DNA from: the human T2T-CHM13v2.0 reference genome, Homo sapiens
Assembly: GCF_009914755.1 (NCBI RefSeq)
Contig: NC_060934.1
Reading direction: 5' to 3' (one strand)
DNA: 64,000 nucleotides
The position numbers were made by a program, and so were the translations under genes. Within the stretch, counting starts at the first letter, position 1. Each line of letters starts with the position of its first letter. This document shows positions 45,071-61,333 of the stretch, one piece after another. The notes beneath the pieces are model-generated. The model ran no database searches and was not told where the DNA came from. It worked only from the letters and a program-made list of their open reading frames with translations.

Positions 45071-46599
45071 AATAGGCAAAAAACGAACATGGTTATGGCA
45101 AATAGGAAGATCAGGCAGGCTCAGGGCTCCAGTCAACCTAGTGTGCGTCCTGGCCGATTGGCAACTCCTAGAAACTGTCTCAGAGCAAGGGGCAACGAGG
45201 GGTCGGGGCTTCCACCCTGGCACCTGGGTTCACTCGATCCTGCATTGTACCCACTGCGGAAAGGTGAAGTTCCAACTCAGCCAGACACAGACCCCTGACC
45301 TGGAGGGCACCAAGGAGGGTGCCAAGGAGAGGTGGTTCACCTGTGCTCTGGGAGTGAGGAGCTGTCGTCAGGGTGTGTCCAAGGTTGATTACATAGAATT
45401 GTACCAGCTGGAGACTGGAGCCAGAGGAAGAGCTGCCTCAAGCAATTTCACTAAGAGGCGGCAGTCCAAGGAAAATAAGGCAGATTCCAGAGCATATGAG
45501 GAGAACCAAGATGGAAAGCACAGAACATATGATTATGATTCCAAGTGAAAGATGCAGCCAAAGCTCTCCTGTGTCATAAACCTGTTCCTTCCTGCAGGAT
45601 ATCTGAAAAAGCCAGGGCTGGGTGGTTTATCATCCAATGGAAACTCCACAGTCTCTTCTCTTCCAGATAATGCCTTGTTTGTAACCACTGCACAGACTCT
45701 GGATTGACATCTAACATATGTGGTAGACAGAGGACCAGAAGTATACAAGACCTGTAACAGCATGCACAGTCCCATGAGGAGAGGGGCTTCTTTATTTTTC
45801 TTGGCAAACATCTGAATGATGCTTGCAAACTGTCTGAATTTGCCCTCTAGGGTTTTCCAACAATTTGCATGTTTTTCAGATGTTTTGGGAAAAAATTAAA
45901 TACTGTAAAAAGTCATGCGGAATTTTTTTAAAAAGATGCCGTAAGTATGATCTCCATCTGTTTTTTTCTTTGTCATCGTTGTTGCAATGTTTTCATACTA
46001 TTCAAATTCTTATCTCTTTGACATTAGTCTGTGGTTTATTTCCTACTAGTGGCTTCGAAAAGTCAAATCAACTTGGTTGTATGTATGTTTTCCCCTTAAA
46101 GTGTTTTCTCGTTCACAGCATTAACCTATGCAACATAACCTTCTGTAGCAGGAATTGAAGAAAATGATAATTTTTGGTTTTAAAGAAATTCTACTATAGC
46201 TTTTTTTTTGGTCTGATCACAATTTTAATTCATAAATTTCAGATTTGGGTAATTTTTGTGTTGCCCAGTAACTTTGACAAATGATTTAATTTGCTCTTTT
46301 CAGGAGTTTCTCAAATCATTTCTCTCAATTTTCACAACTGATATTTTGTCACTGTCTACCTGATATGGTTATTTCCCTTATAACTCAAGAGTAGTTTAAC
46401 ACAAAGTATAATCCTATAGTGTTGGAGGCTTCCGAGAGGCATTGTTTGCATGATAAGTAAATGCATATTGTGAAACTGTGTTCCTGGGATTGGATTTAGC
46501 ATGATCTATTGTTGGCTCCCTTTATTCACAATCTCTCTTTACACAAAATACTTACGAACGATATTTTCCTTAGTGTTAAATCCCTTTTAAAACATGTTA

Positions 46600-46720
46600 T
46601 CTCATGGAGGTGCACATCTGTAGTCATAGCTACTGGGGAAGCTGAGGCAGGACGATTGCTTGAGCCCAAGAGTTCAAGTCCAGCTTGGGCAACATAGCAA
46701 GACCTCGTTTCTAAAAAATA
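46600..46720 (+). mobile_element. FLAM monomer
   Basis: Single 7SL-derived monomer with A-rich tail. Confidence 0.85.
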
Positions 46721-47040
46721 ATCAAAAACAACAATAAAACCCCTATGTTATGAAATTTTAATTTAGTGACACTTATTCAGTTAAGACTTTCCTATCTACC
46801 AATAACCATAGTATTGGAATTGAACCTTAAATGTCCAGTGGGTGGTGACTGCATCAAAGTTGAATGAAACAGCCTTCTTGCTGTTCAGCTGTTTAGATAA
46901 CTTATGAATATTGTTAGGGCAGCTTTCTCTGAGAGGTTGCCATTTGTCATATCAATTTCCAAAAGCTGTTATACCTTCATGGACATTTATTCTCCGAATG
47001 ATATTTAAATGCCAACACAAATTACCACATGATCAAGTGA

Positions 47041-47355
<315 letters not shown>

Positions 47356-47427
47356 TAACTTGTTTTACAGGACTCACTTGTGTCCACACATCTGTGATCC
47401 CTTTGAACCTTAAGAATCAAACCATTG

Positions 47428-47686
47428 TCTGGGAGCGGTGGCTCACGCCTGTAATCCTAGCACTTTGGGAGGCTGAGGCGGGCCAATCACGAGGTCAAGA
47501 GAGTGAGACCATCCTGGCCAACATGGTGAAACCCCACCTCTACTAAAAATACAAAAATTAGCTGGGCGTGGTGGTGTGCGCCTGTAATCCCAGATACTCG
47601 GGAGGCTGAGGCGGGAGAATCACTTGAACCCGGGACGCAGAGGTTTCAGTGAGTTGAGATCATGCCACTAAAAAAAAAAAAAAAAA
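47428..47686 (+). mobile_element. AluSc-like element lacking its 3' end
   Basis: gaggtcaagaga..gagaccatcctggccaac diagnostic; poly-A follows catgccact directly; TSD aagaatcaaac. Confidence 0.9.
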
Positions 47687-48231
47687 GAATCAAACTATTT
47701 TGGCCTCTCCATTTTCTGGTTGAGAAATTCTTTATATTTTAAATATATATTTATTTCCAAATTTAATATTGAAAACTAGAATATAGAGAAGAGAAGGAAA
47801 ATAGTTACCTAAAATGACCTAACCTTCAAGATGATTATTATCACTATTAGCATTTTTCCATGATTTTCAGACTTTTTTCTATATAGCCTTATACATATAA
47901 ATACATATATTTTAACGAGATTAATGTTAACTCACTCTGTAAGCTGTTTTCTTACCTATTAATCATATGGATGTGCCATAATCTAGTTAATTGATGGACA
48001 TTTTTATTGTTTCTGATTTCACTATTTTAGATAATATTGCTATGAACATCCTTGGATAATGATTCATTTTTCTGTATTATAATGTTGAGATCATTTGAGA
48101 ATCAGAGAAACTGGCAGAGAAAATTACAGTGAGTCATTTTATGTTCGCAACAAAACTTGCATAATTTCAATTCCATGAGAGAATGTGGAATGAACTAAAA
48201 TGGAAAATTTTCTTTTAAAGAATGAGCTTTT

Positions 48232-48572
<341 letters not shown>

Positions 48573-49086
48573 TTAGAAAAACAACTATCAGAACCATAGA
48601 TGTCTACACTAAAAGTAGAAAAGTTAATTATAACTACATAAGAATTCTAGAAATAGTTTCAAACTACCAAAAGATATCCAAAGTAGAAGGGAAATAAATT
48701 ATAATATATTTGAGATTGCTGGATGTAATGATGGAAAAGAAATAAAATCGATCCATGTAAGCACATAATAAATTATAATAATTTCATATTTTAAAAATTG
48801 GTACAGTTTAATTGTATCGAGGTAGCTAGAAGTTTGAAGAGTATTTTTGGCCCAGGTATGTATGATTAATGATCAAATGGAAGACACCAACAACAGGAAT
48901 ATTTCTGTATATTCATAAAATACTCTTTAATATGATATAATAGATATAATGTGATATATAATAAAGTACATACCAAAAGGGGAGCAAGTGAACAAAAAGT
49001 ATATATTATTATATAATTAGTAAAAATGTTATGATACAAAGCATAGAAAAAAGAAGCACCAAAATATGTTTTTATTTATATAATAA

Positions 49087-49179
49087 TTTTCTTTCTTTTT
49101 TCTTTTTTTCTTTCTTTCTTCCTTTCTTCCTTTCTCTTTTTTTCTTTCTTCCTTTCTTTTTTCCTTCCTTCCTTCCTTC

Positions 49180-49253
<74 letters not shown>

Positions 49254-49256
49254 CTT

Positions 49257-49295
<39 letters not shown>

Positions 49296-49300
49296 CTTTC
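49087..49300. repeat. 214-nt pure pyrimidine complex microsatellite (TTCC/TTTC/TC) derived from an Alu tail
   Basis: Direct; abuts an antisense Alu. Confidence 0.95.
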
Positions 49301-49585
49301 AGACAAGGTCTCACTCCATTGCCAAGACTGGAGTTCAGTAGTATGATAAGGGCTCACTGCACCCTTGACCTCCTGGGCTCAAGCAATCTCCTCCCACCTC
49401 AGTTCCCTGCATAGCTGGGACTATAGGCACGTGCCACCACACCCAGCTAATTTTTAAATTTTTTTCTAGAGATAGTATCTCACTATGTTCCCCAGGCTGG
49501 TTCCTATCTCCTGGACTCAAGCGATTCTCTCACCTTGACCTCTTAAAGTGCTGGGATTATAGGCATGAGTCACCACACCCAGCCC
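49301..49585 (-). mobile_element. Alu (AluJ-like)
   Basis: Diverged antisense dimer. Confidence 0.9.
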
Positions 49586-51135
49586 AAAACATAGTTTTAA
49601 AAAGTGGATGAGATCATTGTCCAGATTGTAGTTAATTAATATCAAAGAGGCAAACACACGAATGGCCTAAGTAACTTATTACACAGAAAAAGGCATATTC
49701 TTACCAAAATAAGTACAAATCAACCTGGGGGAAAAAACAGTAAAAATACAAACACAAAAAAGTCATTGAATATTTAGAAGTGGGTATATCGTGGTAGCCT
49801 GGTAACTTGGTTTTGTCACTTGGAAAATGAACTGGCAGTATACAATGAGACCTACAAAATAGTTTATAAGTTTTGATACTCAATAATTTCACTTTGGGTT
49901 GTATATTCAAAAGAACTAATCGGAAAGGAATAAATATATAATTGTGAAACATTTGAAGCTACTCATGTTAAGTAATGAAGATGAAGTGAGAATGATTTTT
50001 AAATTGTTTACATTATAGTGTAGTATGAAAAGCCTTATTATATATTATCTCCTTCAATCCTCAGGGAGGAAGCTGTGACAAAGAGCTCACATAACTGGGA
50101 CTGGAAACTAGGAGTCCTGTCTATGCAGAAATAAGACCCAGACTTAAACCTGGCTACATCCTGTGTCTTCTGGCTGTGGGACTTCAGCCCCCTTCCCAAT
50201 ATCTCTGAGCAGTAGTTTTCAGATCTGTAAATGGATCACAATGCTCAGTCTCTATGGCTCCCAGGTTTTGAGCAATAAATGAGATAATGCACGTGGAAGT
50301 GGAGCTCCTACCATGGGCCTGATAGGGCAATCACTGGGGTTGCAACTTTCTGAAAATGGGTCTTTAAATGAATCTTCAAACTGCACACTGAGGAGCGGGA
50401 AGATTTGGAACACGTTTAATCAGCAAGGGAGCAATGAAAGCAGAGACCAGTGACAATGAGGGCCAAGTTAAAACAGGGCGGAGTGGAGTTGTAATGAGAG
50501 AAGTAAAGTGGATTTGTTTGCACTGCCTGGGAAGGAGTAGGGTACAGAGGGGATTCAAGGGCACGTGCTTGTTTTTTTTAATTGAGACATTATGAACATC
50601 TCAGAACAAAAGCTTTGGGCTTTGGTAAGCTCCACCAGACACCTGGTTTAGGGCTTTTTCATTCCCCAAGACTCCTCCTCCCTTCCATGACACTCCTCCC
50701 TGGGACACATGCTTGGATTTGGCTCTGGAAATGCCCCGCCCCACCATGAAACCATCTAGTCTTTTCCCCAGGTTACTTCTCTTGTAGTCACGCAAAATCA
50801 AGGCTGAGGCTCCCTGTCATGACCCTCGGCACTTCACCTGAGTTCTAGGAGCCACTTTGGCAGTCCCCTTTCTGTGCCACCAATGGGAGTGAGGGGTGAG
50901 CCTGGCAGAGACACACATGCCACCCTGGGCTTTGTGACAAGGCCTGGACTCTAATGGGTCAAACCCAGGGCAAAGGCCATCCTCCATCTAGGTAACGAAG
51001 TGTTCATGACTCTGTGACAGCCAGGACAAGGGCAGTAAGTTTGCAGTAGAATGACACTGCAAATTGGTGAACCTTAGTGTAGGGTACGTCCCGGCCGGGC
51101 TTTAATAATCAGAGCAGCAATAATGACAACAACAT

Positions 51136-51137
<2 letters not shown>

Positions 51138-51166
<29 letters not shown>
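51138..51166. repeat. (GT)n microsatellite
   Basis: Direct. Confidence 0.92.
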
Positions 51167-51170
<4 letters not shown>

Positions 51171-51379
51171 CTGGTGCAGTCCTATCCATTGTCTGATTCG
51201 ATCATGAGTGCCACATCCTCCCCAGACTTGGGTTAGAGTAGACCCAGATCCCCAGAACCCTTTTAAACCTGGGTGATTTAGAATTCAAACTACCATCACT
51301 TCTCCAGACTAGATTAAATGCCACCTGGACTGATCAGATCCAACATCCTACCATGAGTCTGGTATTTTCTTTGCTACTT

Positions 51380-51570
51380 TATATAGATAATTCTTATTTA
51401 ATCCTTTCAGCAATCCTAGGAAAAAAATATTCTTATCCCCATTTTACAGAGAAAGATAAGGAGGTTCAGAGATGTTAATAACTTGCTCCAGGTCACAGAG
51501 CAAATCAGCCGTGAAGCAGGTTTCAAATCCAGGTCTGCTTGACTCCAAAATCCATACTCATGCTACTCCG
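51380..51570 (-). mobile_element. MIR
   Basis: tatccccattttacagag...aacttgctccaggtcacag...aaatccaggtctg...gactccaaa. Confidence 0.8.
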
Positions 51571-52378
51571 ATGCATGCTACAGAGAGTTTTTCTGGGCCA
51601 GTAGTGGGAAGAAGGTAGAGATTTTTGCAAAATTGTCTTAGGGACCCAGTATAGAAGTATGCCACTAACTTTGGGGTTTCTGGACCACTTCCTGATAAGG
51701 GGCAGAGTTAGATGGGATGCCGAGGATGTCTGTGTGTTCTCTATGTACACACAGCAAGACAGACATTTTTTCCTTTAACATGTGTTTTGCTTTCTATAGA
51801 GAGAATCCTTTTTCTGACAGTCACTTTCTTTCCAAAGCTTAGAACATCATAGGCTCTTTGGCAGAGAGTACAGCTTTCAACAAGAAAAAGAAAAGTTTTT
51901 GGCCACTCTGCCCCCTTGCAGTTCAAGTATAATTCAAAATATCTGCTTCTATTTGTTTGCCTTTTGCAAAACCTCAAGGGTGATTTTGAAATAAATAGGA
52001 ATAAAATATTTGACTGAACCAAAAGAGCCCAGTACCTGGCCATCCGAAAGTATTTATTTATTTGTTTAAACATTGCTGGAGTAATAGAAAATTTAAATGC
52101 AGTTATCAAAGACCAAAAGTTCAGAGATTAAATACTATGTTAGAGTCATTCCTTCTAATTAATTTTGAACTGTTTTCGAAAAACGAAGAACTTGCTGGGG
52201 AGACAATGATCAAGATCATAACAAAGTTCCCCTAGAAGATTAACAGAGCTTGGAGTTTACTGTGGATCTCTGCCTGTGTGGAGAAGAAACAGTCAAACTA
52301 GAGGAAACAAAACTGTCTCTATAGACAAATTAAATTTTAGTGGATGTTCATGTGCACAGGTGGGCAGCAGCACCTTAG

Positions 52379-52795
<417 letters not shown>

Positions 52796-52839
52796 CGTTT
52801 GCTTACTTTTCAAAACAGCTCTGTGTTTGTGTGCGTGTA

Positions 52840-53580
52840 CATGGTAAAATTTACAACGAAATACACATTTAGAATACATTCAGTGAGTTCTAATAAATGT
52901 ATACACGTGAGTGCCTCAAACCCTTATCAAGACATAAAGCATTGCCATCACCCCAGAAGCAACGGCTGTTCTGAATTAGTGCATTAGTTTTCTGTATTTT
53001 GGGACTTCATACAAATAGAATCATATATAATGTGTAGTTTTTTTGGATAAGGCTTCTTTGACTCAGCCTAATGTTTTCCATTCATTGTCATCCATATTCC
53101 GTGTATTAATAGTCCATTCCTTTTGATTATTGAATAGTATAACCATTATATAAGTATTCTACACTTTGAGTTGGGTTATTTTCTATTTTCCTATTGATGG
53201 ACACTTGGCTGTTTCCAGTTTTGAGTCAAATAAAGTTGCTAAGAACATTCTAGTGCAAGTCTTTTTGTGGACACATTTTATTTCTCTTGAATAGATATCT
53301 ATCAATGGAATTGCTGAGTCATGGGGAAGGTAAATGTAAATGTCAGGGTTTTTTTTCCCAGGATGATTGCCCCACTTCATACCTCCACCATCAAAATATG
53401 AGAGCACATGTTTGCTGCCATTAGATATTATCAGTGACCTCTCATTTTAGTTTTAATTTGCATTCTTCTGGATGACTAATGACATTAAGCACTTCATGGT
53501 TCTTTACTGGCCTTGTGTATGTCTTCCTTTGTAAAGTGACTGTTCAAATCTTTTTCCATTTTAAAATATTGGGTTTTCTT
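52840..53580 (-). mobile_element. Old L1M fragment
   Basis: tattgatggacacttggctgtttccagtttt...aatggaattgctgagtcatg...ttttaatttgcatt. Confidence 0.8.
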
Positions 53581-53589
53581 TCTTTTTTC

Positions 53590-53885
<296 letters not shown>

Positions 53886-53935
53886 GGTTGTCTTTTTATT
53901 ACTGAGTTGCCAGTGTGCTTTACGTTTCTTCACAT

Positions 53936-54035
<100 letters not shown>

Positions 54036-54359
54036 CCCTCTCCCTCAGAGAGTGGAGCCCCAGTTACCTCATCTTTTTGTCTGTCTTTCTCCCCAGAATG
54101 ATGCCAGGGATTCTTCTTTGTTTGGTACTATATTTCCAGTGCTTCAGATTGCCACTGGCACTGAGTAGGAGCTCAATAAACATTTGCTGAAAGAATCAAT
54201 GAATAATCAAGTAAACTGATTTTTGGGTCTGATATTCAGACACAATGTTCTTGAACTTAATGGCATTAATTAACAAGGAAATTGAAAAAAAGGACATTTA
54301 AATGCTATCCTTGAGGTATCACATATGCTTGGCACCAAGGACACAGAATACCTTCAGGG

Positions 54360-54665
54360 GACTGGACATGGTGGCTTCTGCCTGTAATCCTAGTACTTTG
54401 GAAGGCTGAGGTGGGAGTATCACTTGGGCCCAGGAGTTGGAGATCAGCCTGGGCAACAAGGTGAGACCCGATCTGTACAAAAAAAAAAAAAAAATTAACC
54501 AGGTATGATGGTGTGCACCTGTAGTCCCAGCTACTTCTAGGGCTGGGGTGGGAGGATAGCTGGATCCTGGGAGTTCAAGGCTGCAGTGAGGCCTGATTGA
54601 ACCACTGAACTGCAGTCGGGGTGACAGAGTAAGTCCCTGTCTCAAACAACAACAACAACAACAAA
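54360..54665 (+). mobile_element. Alu (AluJ-like) with (CAA)n tail
   Basis: Dimer; TSD acagaataccttcagggga. Confidence 0.92.
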
Positions 54666-55061
54666 GCCCAAAACAGAATACCTTCAGGGGATTTGTTCAC
54701 CCAGGGGAGATACTGCTAGACTATCTCATGGAGTGGCCTAATTTGTCCCCATTTATGAGCCCTCTAGTGTAAGCCATCACTGCTGTCTCATCTACCGCAT
54801 TCTGGGACTATGCCCAGCCACTTCCAAGTCTTGGATTCCGACCAGATTTGCTTAATGGATGAGCAGAACGTCTAGCTTTAGAGAGTTTTAGGTAACTTCA
54901 CCCAGCTGATCCCACTGTGCCTTTAACCACCTTCCTCTTGGCCCCTTCTGACACTGATAATGCCTGTTCCCTAACCATTGGCCCCTCTGCCTGGCTCTGT
55001 CTCACTAGCAGGCCCATCCCCACTCTGTGCTCTGCCTTTCTTAACACCCCTAAAGGGCCAC

Positions 55062-55185
55062 GCAGGAAAGGATGGGACAAGTTGATTATGACATCCCTTT
55101 CTAGCTCTAAGGAATTCAATAATTCTGATATTCATCCCTAAAGAAATTTATCAGCAGCTATTAATTGGGCTTTCCTAATTTGACA
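55062..55185 (+). repeat. Local direct duplication, copy A (intron 1)
   Basis: 105/124 ungapped identity with 57441-57564. Confidence 0.93.
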
Positions 55186-55429
55186 CTGAAAGGCCGGTAG
55201 GGTCCCCTAAGTCTTGAAGCCATTTTCCTGGTCCCGAATCCAGCAGATTCCAGCCTATCTGGTTTGGGGGGTGTCTACAGTGAATCATCTGTATTCACAT
55301 TTATAGAGAACTTTGCCATTTGCATGTTCATATCTGTCATCTTATGTAAACTGCCAAACAGTTCTAGTTGTAGCCCTCTTTAGTTTCTATTTTCCCGAAG
55401 TTTCTATTTCCCAAAGCAAAAAGAGGTGA

Positions 55430-55745
<316 letters not shown>

Positions 55746-57075
55746 GAGTTTTCAAAAATCCTCTAGCTCTTGCTAAAAAAAGTTGGTGCTTTCTTAGCTC
55801 TGGTGGGTATGCAAGTGTAATATTTAAAAGGCTCATAGATTTTTACAGTTCAGAAACCTGGATTCTGTCTGTCATTAGAAATTCAATTACACACCGCAGA
55901 CATCTATGAGTAGTTCCTAACCTTTTAATTTAACCATTATTATGGATTTTTTCCCCCTTGGATCACATGTTATTTTCTTTTAAGTCCACCAAAAACTGTA
56001 TTTATTGGCTCACTTTACCTTTTTTATTCATCAGACTTGTACCTCCCAGTCAGAGTTTAGAATCAGGATCAGATAGTCTCTTACCTCACTAAGCTGATTT
56101 TATTACAGCCAAAATAAAGACATTTGATATTTAATTAGCTTCCAAACCTAATAACTAGTACATTTCCATTTCTGCTGGGCTTTTTGAAAGATTAAAAAGT
56201 TCATACATTAACCCTTGAGAAAGTGGAAACAGTTTAGTTCTTGTGAAGAAGTAGCCCTGTGTGTTCAGGGACTTCACTCTTGCCGTGTCTCTGATGTCTG
56301 AATGGGAGCAACGGGGATATTACTGACTTTAACCCTTTTCACTGCGATCTGGGCCTTTCTCTGGCTCTATAGGGACTGGGGATCAACCACCCCCACCCTA
56401 GTATTTCCTCAGCTACTGGAGTATTTGGGTTCTCAGTTCAAGCCTATAGGACTTGGGGAGAACATGCATTCACTGAAACGATGACATTCCTCTAAGGTGC
56501 AAATGTTAAAAGGTCATGCAACCAGAACTATTACATAAAATCAAAAATTTTCCAGTTTGAATTATACTCTCAAAGGACCATGATGAGTATTCTAAAGGCA
56601 GTGTTTGTTTCTAAATTAATAGAATTAATAAATGTTATTCTGTTTGCCAATTATAGAAGATACAGTTGTTGAAGACTATTAATGTAATATGCAATTGCAT
56701 TATAATTGTATTATTTAACAGATTGTGTTGCATGAATCAATGAGATATGATGCTGTAATTTAAAAATAATTATTTTATGGAAGCAAAACTGCTTATGAAT
56801 AACATTAAGTGAATGCAGAATGAATAACTTAGGTATGTAGACTCACAGCTAAGAAAAATATATATACATGTAGCTAATGGCTCAGGGTAATCTGCAGAAA
56901 TGAAAAAAACTATATTAGAATGGACAAAGGTGAGTCTCTTTCAAAATATTTTTTATATAAGTTGTTACATGTATCAGTTTCGCAATTAAAAGTTTAAGAT
57001 GGATTTATATTGGCTCCAGTGAAGAATATGTGTTTTATTAATTAATACTGTGCTTGGTTTTGTCTTATTTTATAG

Positions 57076-57240
<165 letters not shown>

Positions 57241-57440
57241 TGACACAATTTTATGGAAATTAGTGTAACGTATTACATGCTTGTTTTATCATTAGAAGGA
57301 GGCTGGGAGATGTAGTAGAAAGCCTGGGTGTTAGTCCTAACCCTACCATCAGTGAGAAATAGAGTCAAGGTCAACTACAGAAATAAGAGTCTGATCAAGT
57401 CAACTGTGAAAGTCTCTAGTTGTCACTTTTCTCCTCTTTG

Positions 57441-57564
57441 GCAGGAAAGGACGGGACAAGATGATTATGACATCCCCTTTCAGTGCTAAGGGATTCAATA
57501 ATTCTCATGTTCATCCCTAAACATATTTACTGGCAGTTATGAATGAGGCTTTCCTAATTTGACA
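57441..57564 (+). repeat. Local direct duplication, copy B (intron 2)
   Basis: 105/124 ungapped identity with 55062-55185. Confidence 0.93.
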
Positions 57565-58593
57565 TCAAGCATTTGGCTGTCCATAAGGTTTTGGATATTT
57601 AGAGATATTCGTTATTGTTGCCTAATGTTTTGACATTCTAGGAGACTATTTCACTTACTATATAAACAACAAACAAACATAAGAATCTGTACAAGAAGGA
57701 AAACTAGTAATTTCCATTTGGCTGAGGATTGCCCTTGTTTACAGAAATAACTCGCTGCTGCTGAAGTGACTGAATGACTCTCCCTTTTCTTGTGTTTTTA
57801 TAGCCACAGAATGTCAAAACTGAGAATTAGTGACAGAACTGGAATTAGAACCTGACTCCCAATAGCTGGCCCTAGGCTGTTACCTTGTACTCTGAGTCCA
57901 AGGTAGACAAAATTATTTCTGGACTCAAAAGGAAAAACCAAGTTCATTTCATAGACAACAGTTTTCAAATGGAATGAGCCCACCTGCAAAACTATGTTTA
58001 TTCAGGTTATAAAATGATAATGTTTTCTAACCTGGAGCTCATTCTAAACAATCTGGCAGGTGGGGACCTGCCTTGCATCTTTTCTTGCTGTCCTAAATCT
58101 TTGCCCTTTTCTGTCCCAACTGGCCTCATTCTTGTACCCTTCAAGTTTTTGCCTTGTGCCTTTGGTTTCCTGGTTTCATTCATGCCTGGACTGTGCATCG
58201 AAACAACTTTCTGCAGCCTCCAGTGCAAGGACAGACAGTGAGCAAGGAACCTGCTGTGCTCTAATATGCACCATCCTTCTGTCATTACTCCTGAAATGTT
58301 TACCTCAACTCCCCCCAAGAGACGTAATTTGAGCAGTAGGTACAGCTGTATTCTAGAAGATCCCCTCCTGTTATATGTTTCCCTTCATGCGAAGATCACT
58401 GGTGAAAACAACTTTCGTGTTGGGCTATACACACAAAGTCCATTTTCTCTAATGTGACACCCCTTGAAAAGAAAAAGAGAATTGGTAGAAGAGAAACATA
58501 TCTAAAGGGTATACTTTCTCCTTCTTTACTCTTAAAATGAATTATTTCTTCATTAGAGGAAGAAAAGAATATATGGCAAATTTTAAAAAATCA

Positions 58594-58912
<319 letters not shown>

Positions 58913-58999
58913 AGTCATCTTTTTCTAATTTATTTTTTATTCTTATGTTACAAAGGTAGGCTGTTGACCAGGCAGACCAGAAGAAACAAAATACTTTAA

Positions 59000-59200
59000 A
59001 TCCATAGACTCAGATTTTAGCCCCAACTCCACCTCCATGAGCTGTGTGACTTTGGACAAGCCAGTTAGGCTCTCTAAGCCTCAGTTTTCTTATTTGTACA
59101 ATGGGAATAAAGATAGTACCTGACTTATGGAGGTGTCGATAGAACTAAATCAATAAAAGACAAATGTGCTTTGCACAGTGCCTGGCACATAGTTAAGTTG
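59000..59200 (+). mobile_element. MIR
   Basis: gctgtgtgactttggacaag...ctctctaagcctcagttttcttatttgtacaatgggaataa...cacagtgcctggcacatag. Confidence 0.85.
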
Positions 59201-60334
59201 TCAGTAATTGTAATTAGTGTTACCTCAATGTATGAAAGTACGTGTGCCAACAATCTGGTTACATATACTTACTGTAATTTAGCTCTTTGTTTCCTGAGAG
59301 CTGAAGCAAAATGGAAGGACATTCTGTTATTTCTCTCATTTTCTGACATGAGAGAACACACCAGAGATTCAGGAGTGCCACTTCCCCTACCCCACAACCT
59401 GACATAAATACTAAGAAGAATTTATCACCTATGTCTTTATTTAAATGAAAAGGAATAACAGAATTACAGACAATACCTTCAAAAATGATTTGATGAAGTT
59501 AGTGTTGACACGTTCTTCATACAGCCATTTCTTCTAATGGTCCTCTGTCAAAGCCAAAGGCATGACTTTAAAATATAACTAAAAGTATGGAGACTATTCA
59601 CCTTTTGCAGATCACCTTCCCCCCCACCCAAATCCTCCTTCCTCTGTCTGTCCTTCATTCCTGCTTTTTCTGCCCTTTTTCCTCTTTCCTCCTGTTGTCT
59701 TCTCTGTATGAACCTCTTGGCTTTTTTCCTCTGTCATGCCAAGGTGCTGTCGGACAGAGGCTTGGCACCATGAAATATTCTTAGGTTCAGAGATCTTTAA
59801 GACAAAGATCCTAAAATCCTAAAGGACCCATTTTTTTTTTTTAGAGTGCTAGCCTTTAGGGTAGTTCAGATTTAAACTGTTAAATAATTTTGGCAGGTTG
59901 TGTTTCTTTCCCTTCTTATGTTCCTCCTCATATGGAAATTACAAAGTGTGTTCCTGATCATTGTGCTTTGAAACCATGGTGGAAGCCACATGGTAACTCT
60001 TTTCTCATATAAAGACTCTAGAGAATCTTTACACCTAAGAGTGTGACATATGGCAGCTCTAAATACATCTGCTCCCTAGCTCAGGCCGGCTTCCTGTCTT
60101 TATGTTTTGAGAGTCATTTTGGAAACATCTAGAAGCCAAAGGACAGCCTGCGGGCTCTGTAAGACGGTTGTTCAGTGGCATCCACGAGGGAGGTGGACTT
60201 ACCAGTCTCCAGGGGCTGGCTGTTTCCCTCCATTCCAGCTGATTGCTGACTTTGAAGGGGATATGAGACCACTGTCACCACATCTTTTGATTTTTTCAAG
60301 AGAATACAGAATCTGGATTTGTATACACAACTTC

Positions 60335-60640
<306 letters not shown>

Positions 60641-60946
60641 TGACAACTTTCTAATCTTTAAAACACTCTGCAGCCCAAACAGAACACATCGAGGACCACA
60701 TGTAGCCCCCAAATCTCCCTATTTATGAAGCCTGCTTGCTTTGAAAAGCTATAATCCTAACACAGGACAAATAGTTATTTCAAAATTTGAGAGAAATGTA
60801 AGTACTTGCCTTGTAGTCAACTACACTGATTTCTTTCTTTCTTTTTTTTTTTTTAAGATTTAGTTATATTTAAAATTACTAGATTAGTTCACAATTTGTC
60901 ATCTTAAACTATCCAGGCCGATGTCAGTCTGTTTTATCTGTTCTGA

Positions 60947-61333
<387 letters not shown>

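Noticed and set aside
49031-49414. KERK-repeat and FLSF-repeat ORFs; likewise VCVC/IYIY ORFs at 21297-21679 and 53865-54190
   Set aside because: Translations of microsatellites
57365-57373. Perfect SF-1/LRH-1/ERR site TCAAGGTCA (also reversed at 44986-44994), tempting given adrenal and liver expression
   Set aside because: A 9-mer is expected roughly 0.5 times in 64 kb on two strands, and one copy lies in an L1 fragment; unsupported without ChIP data
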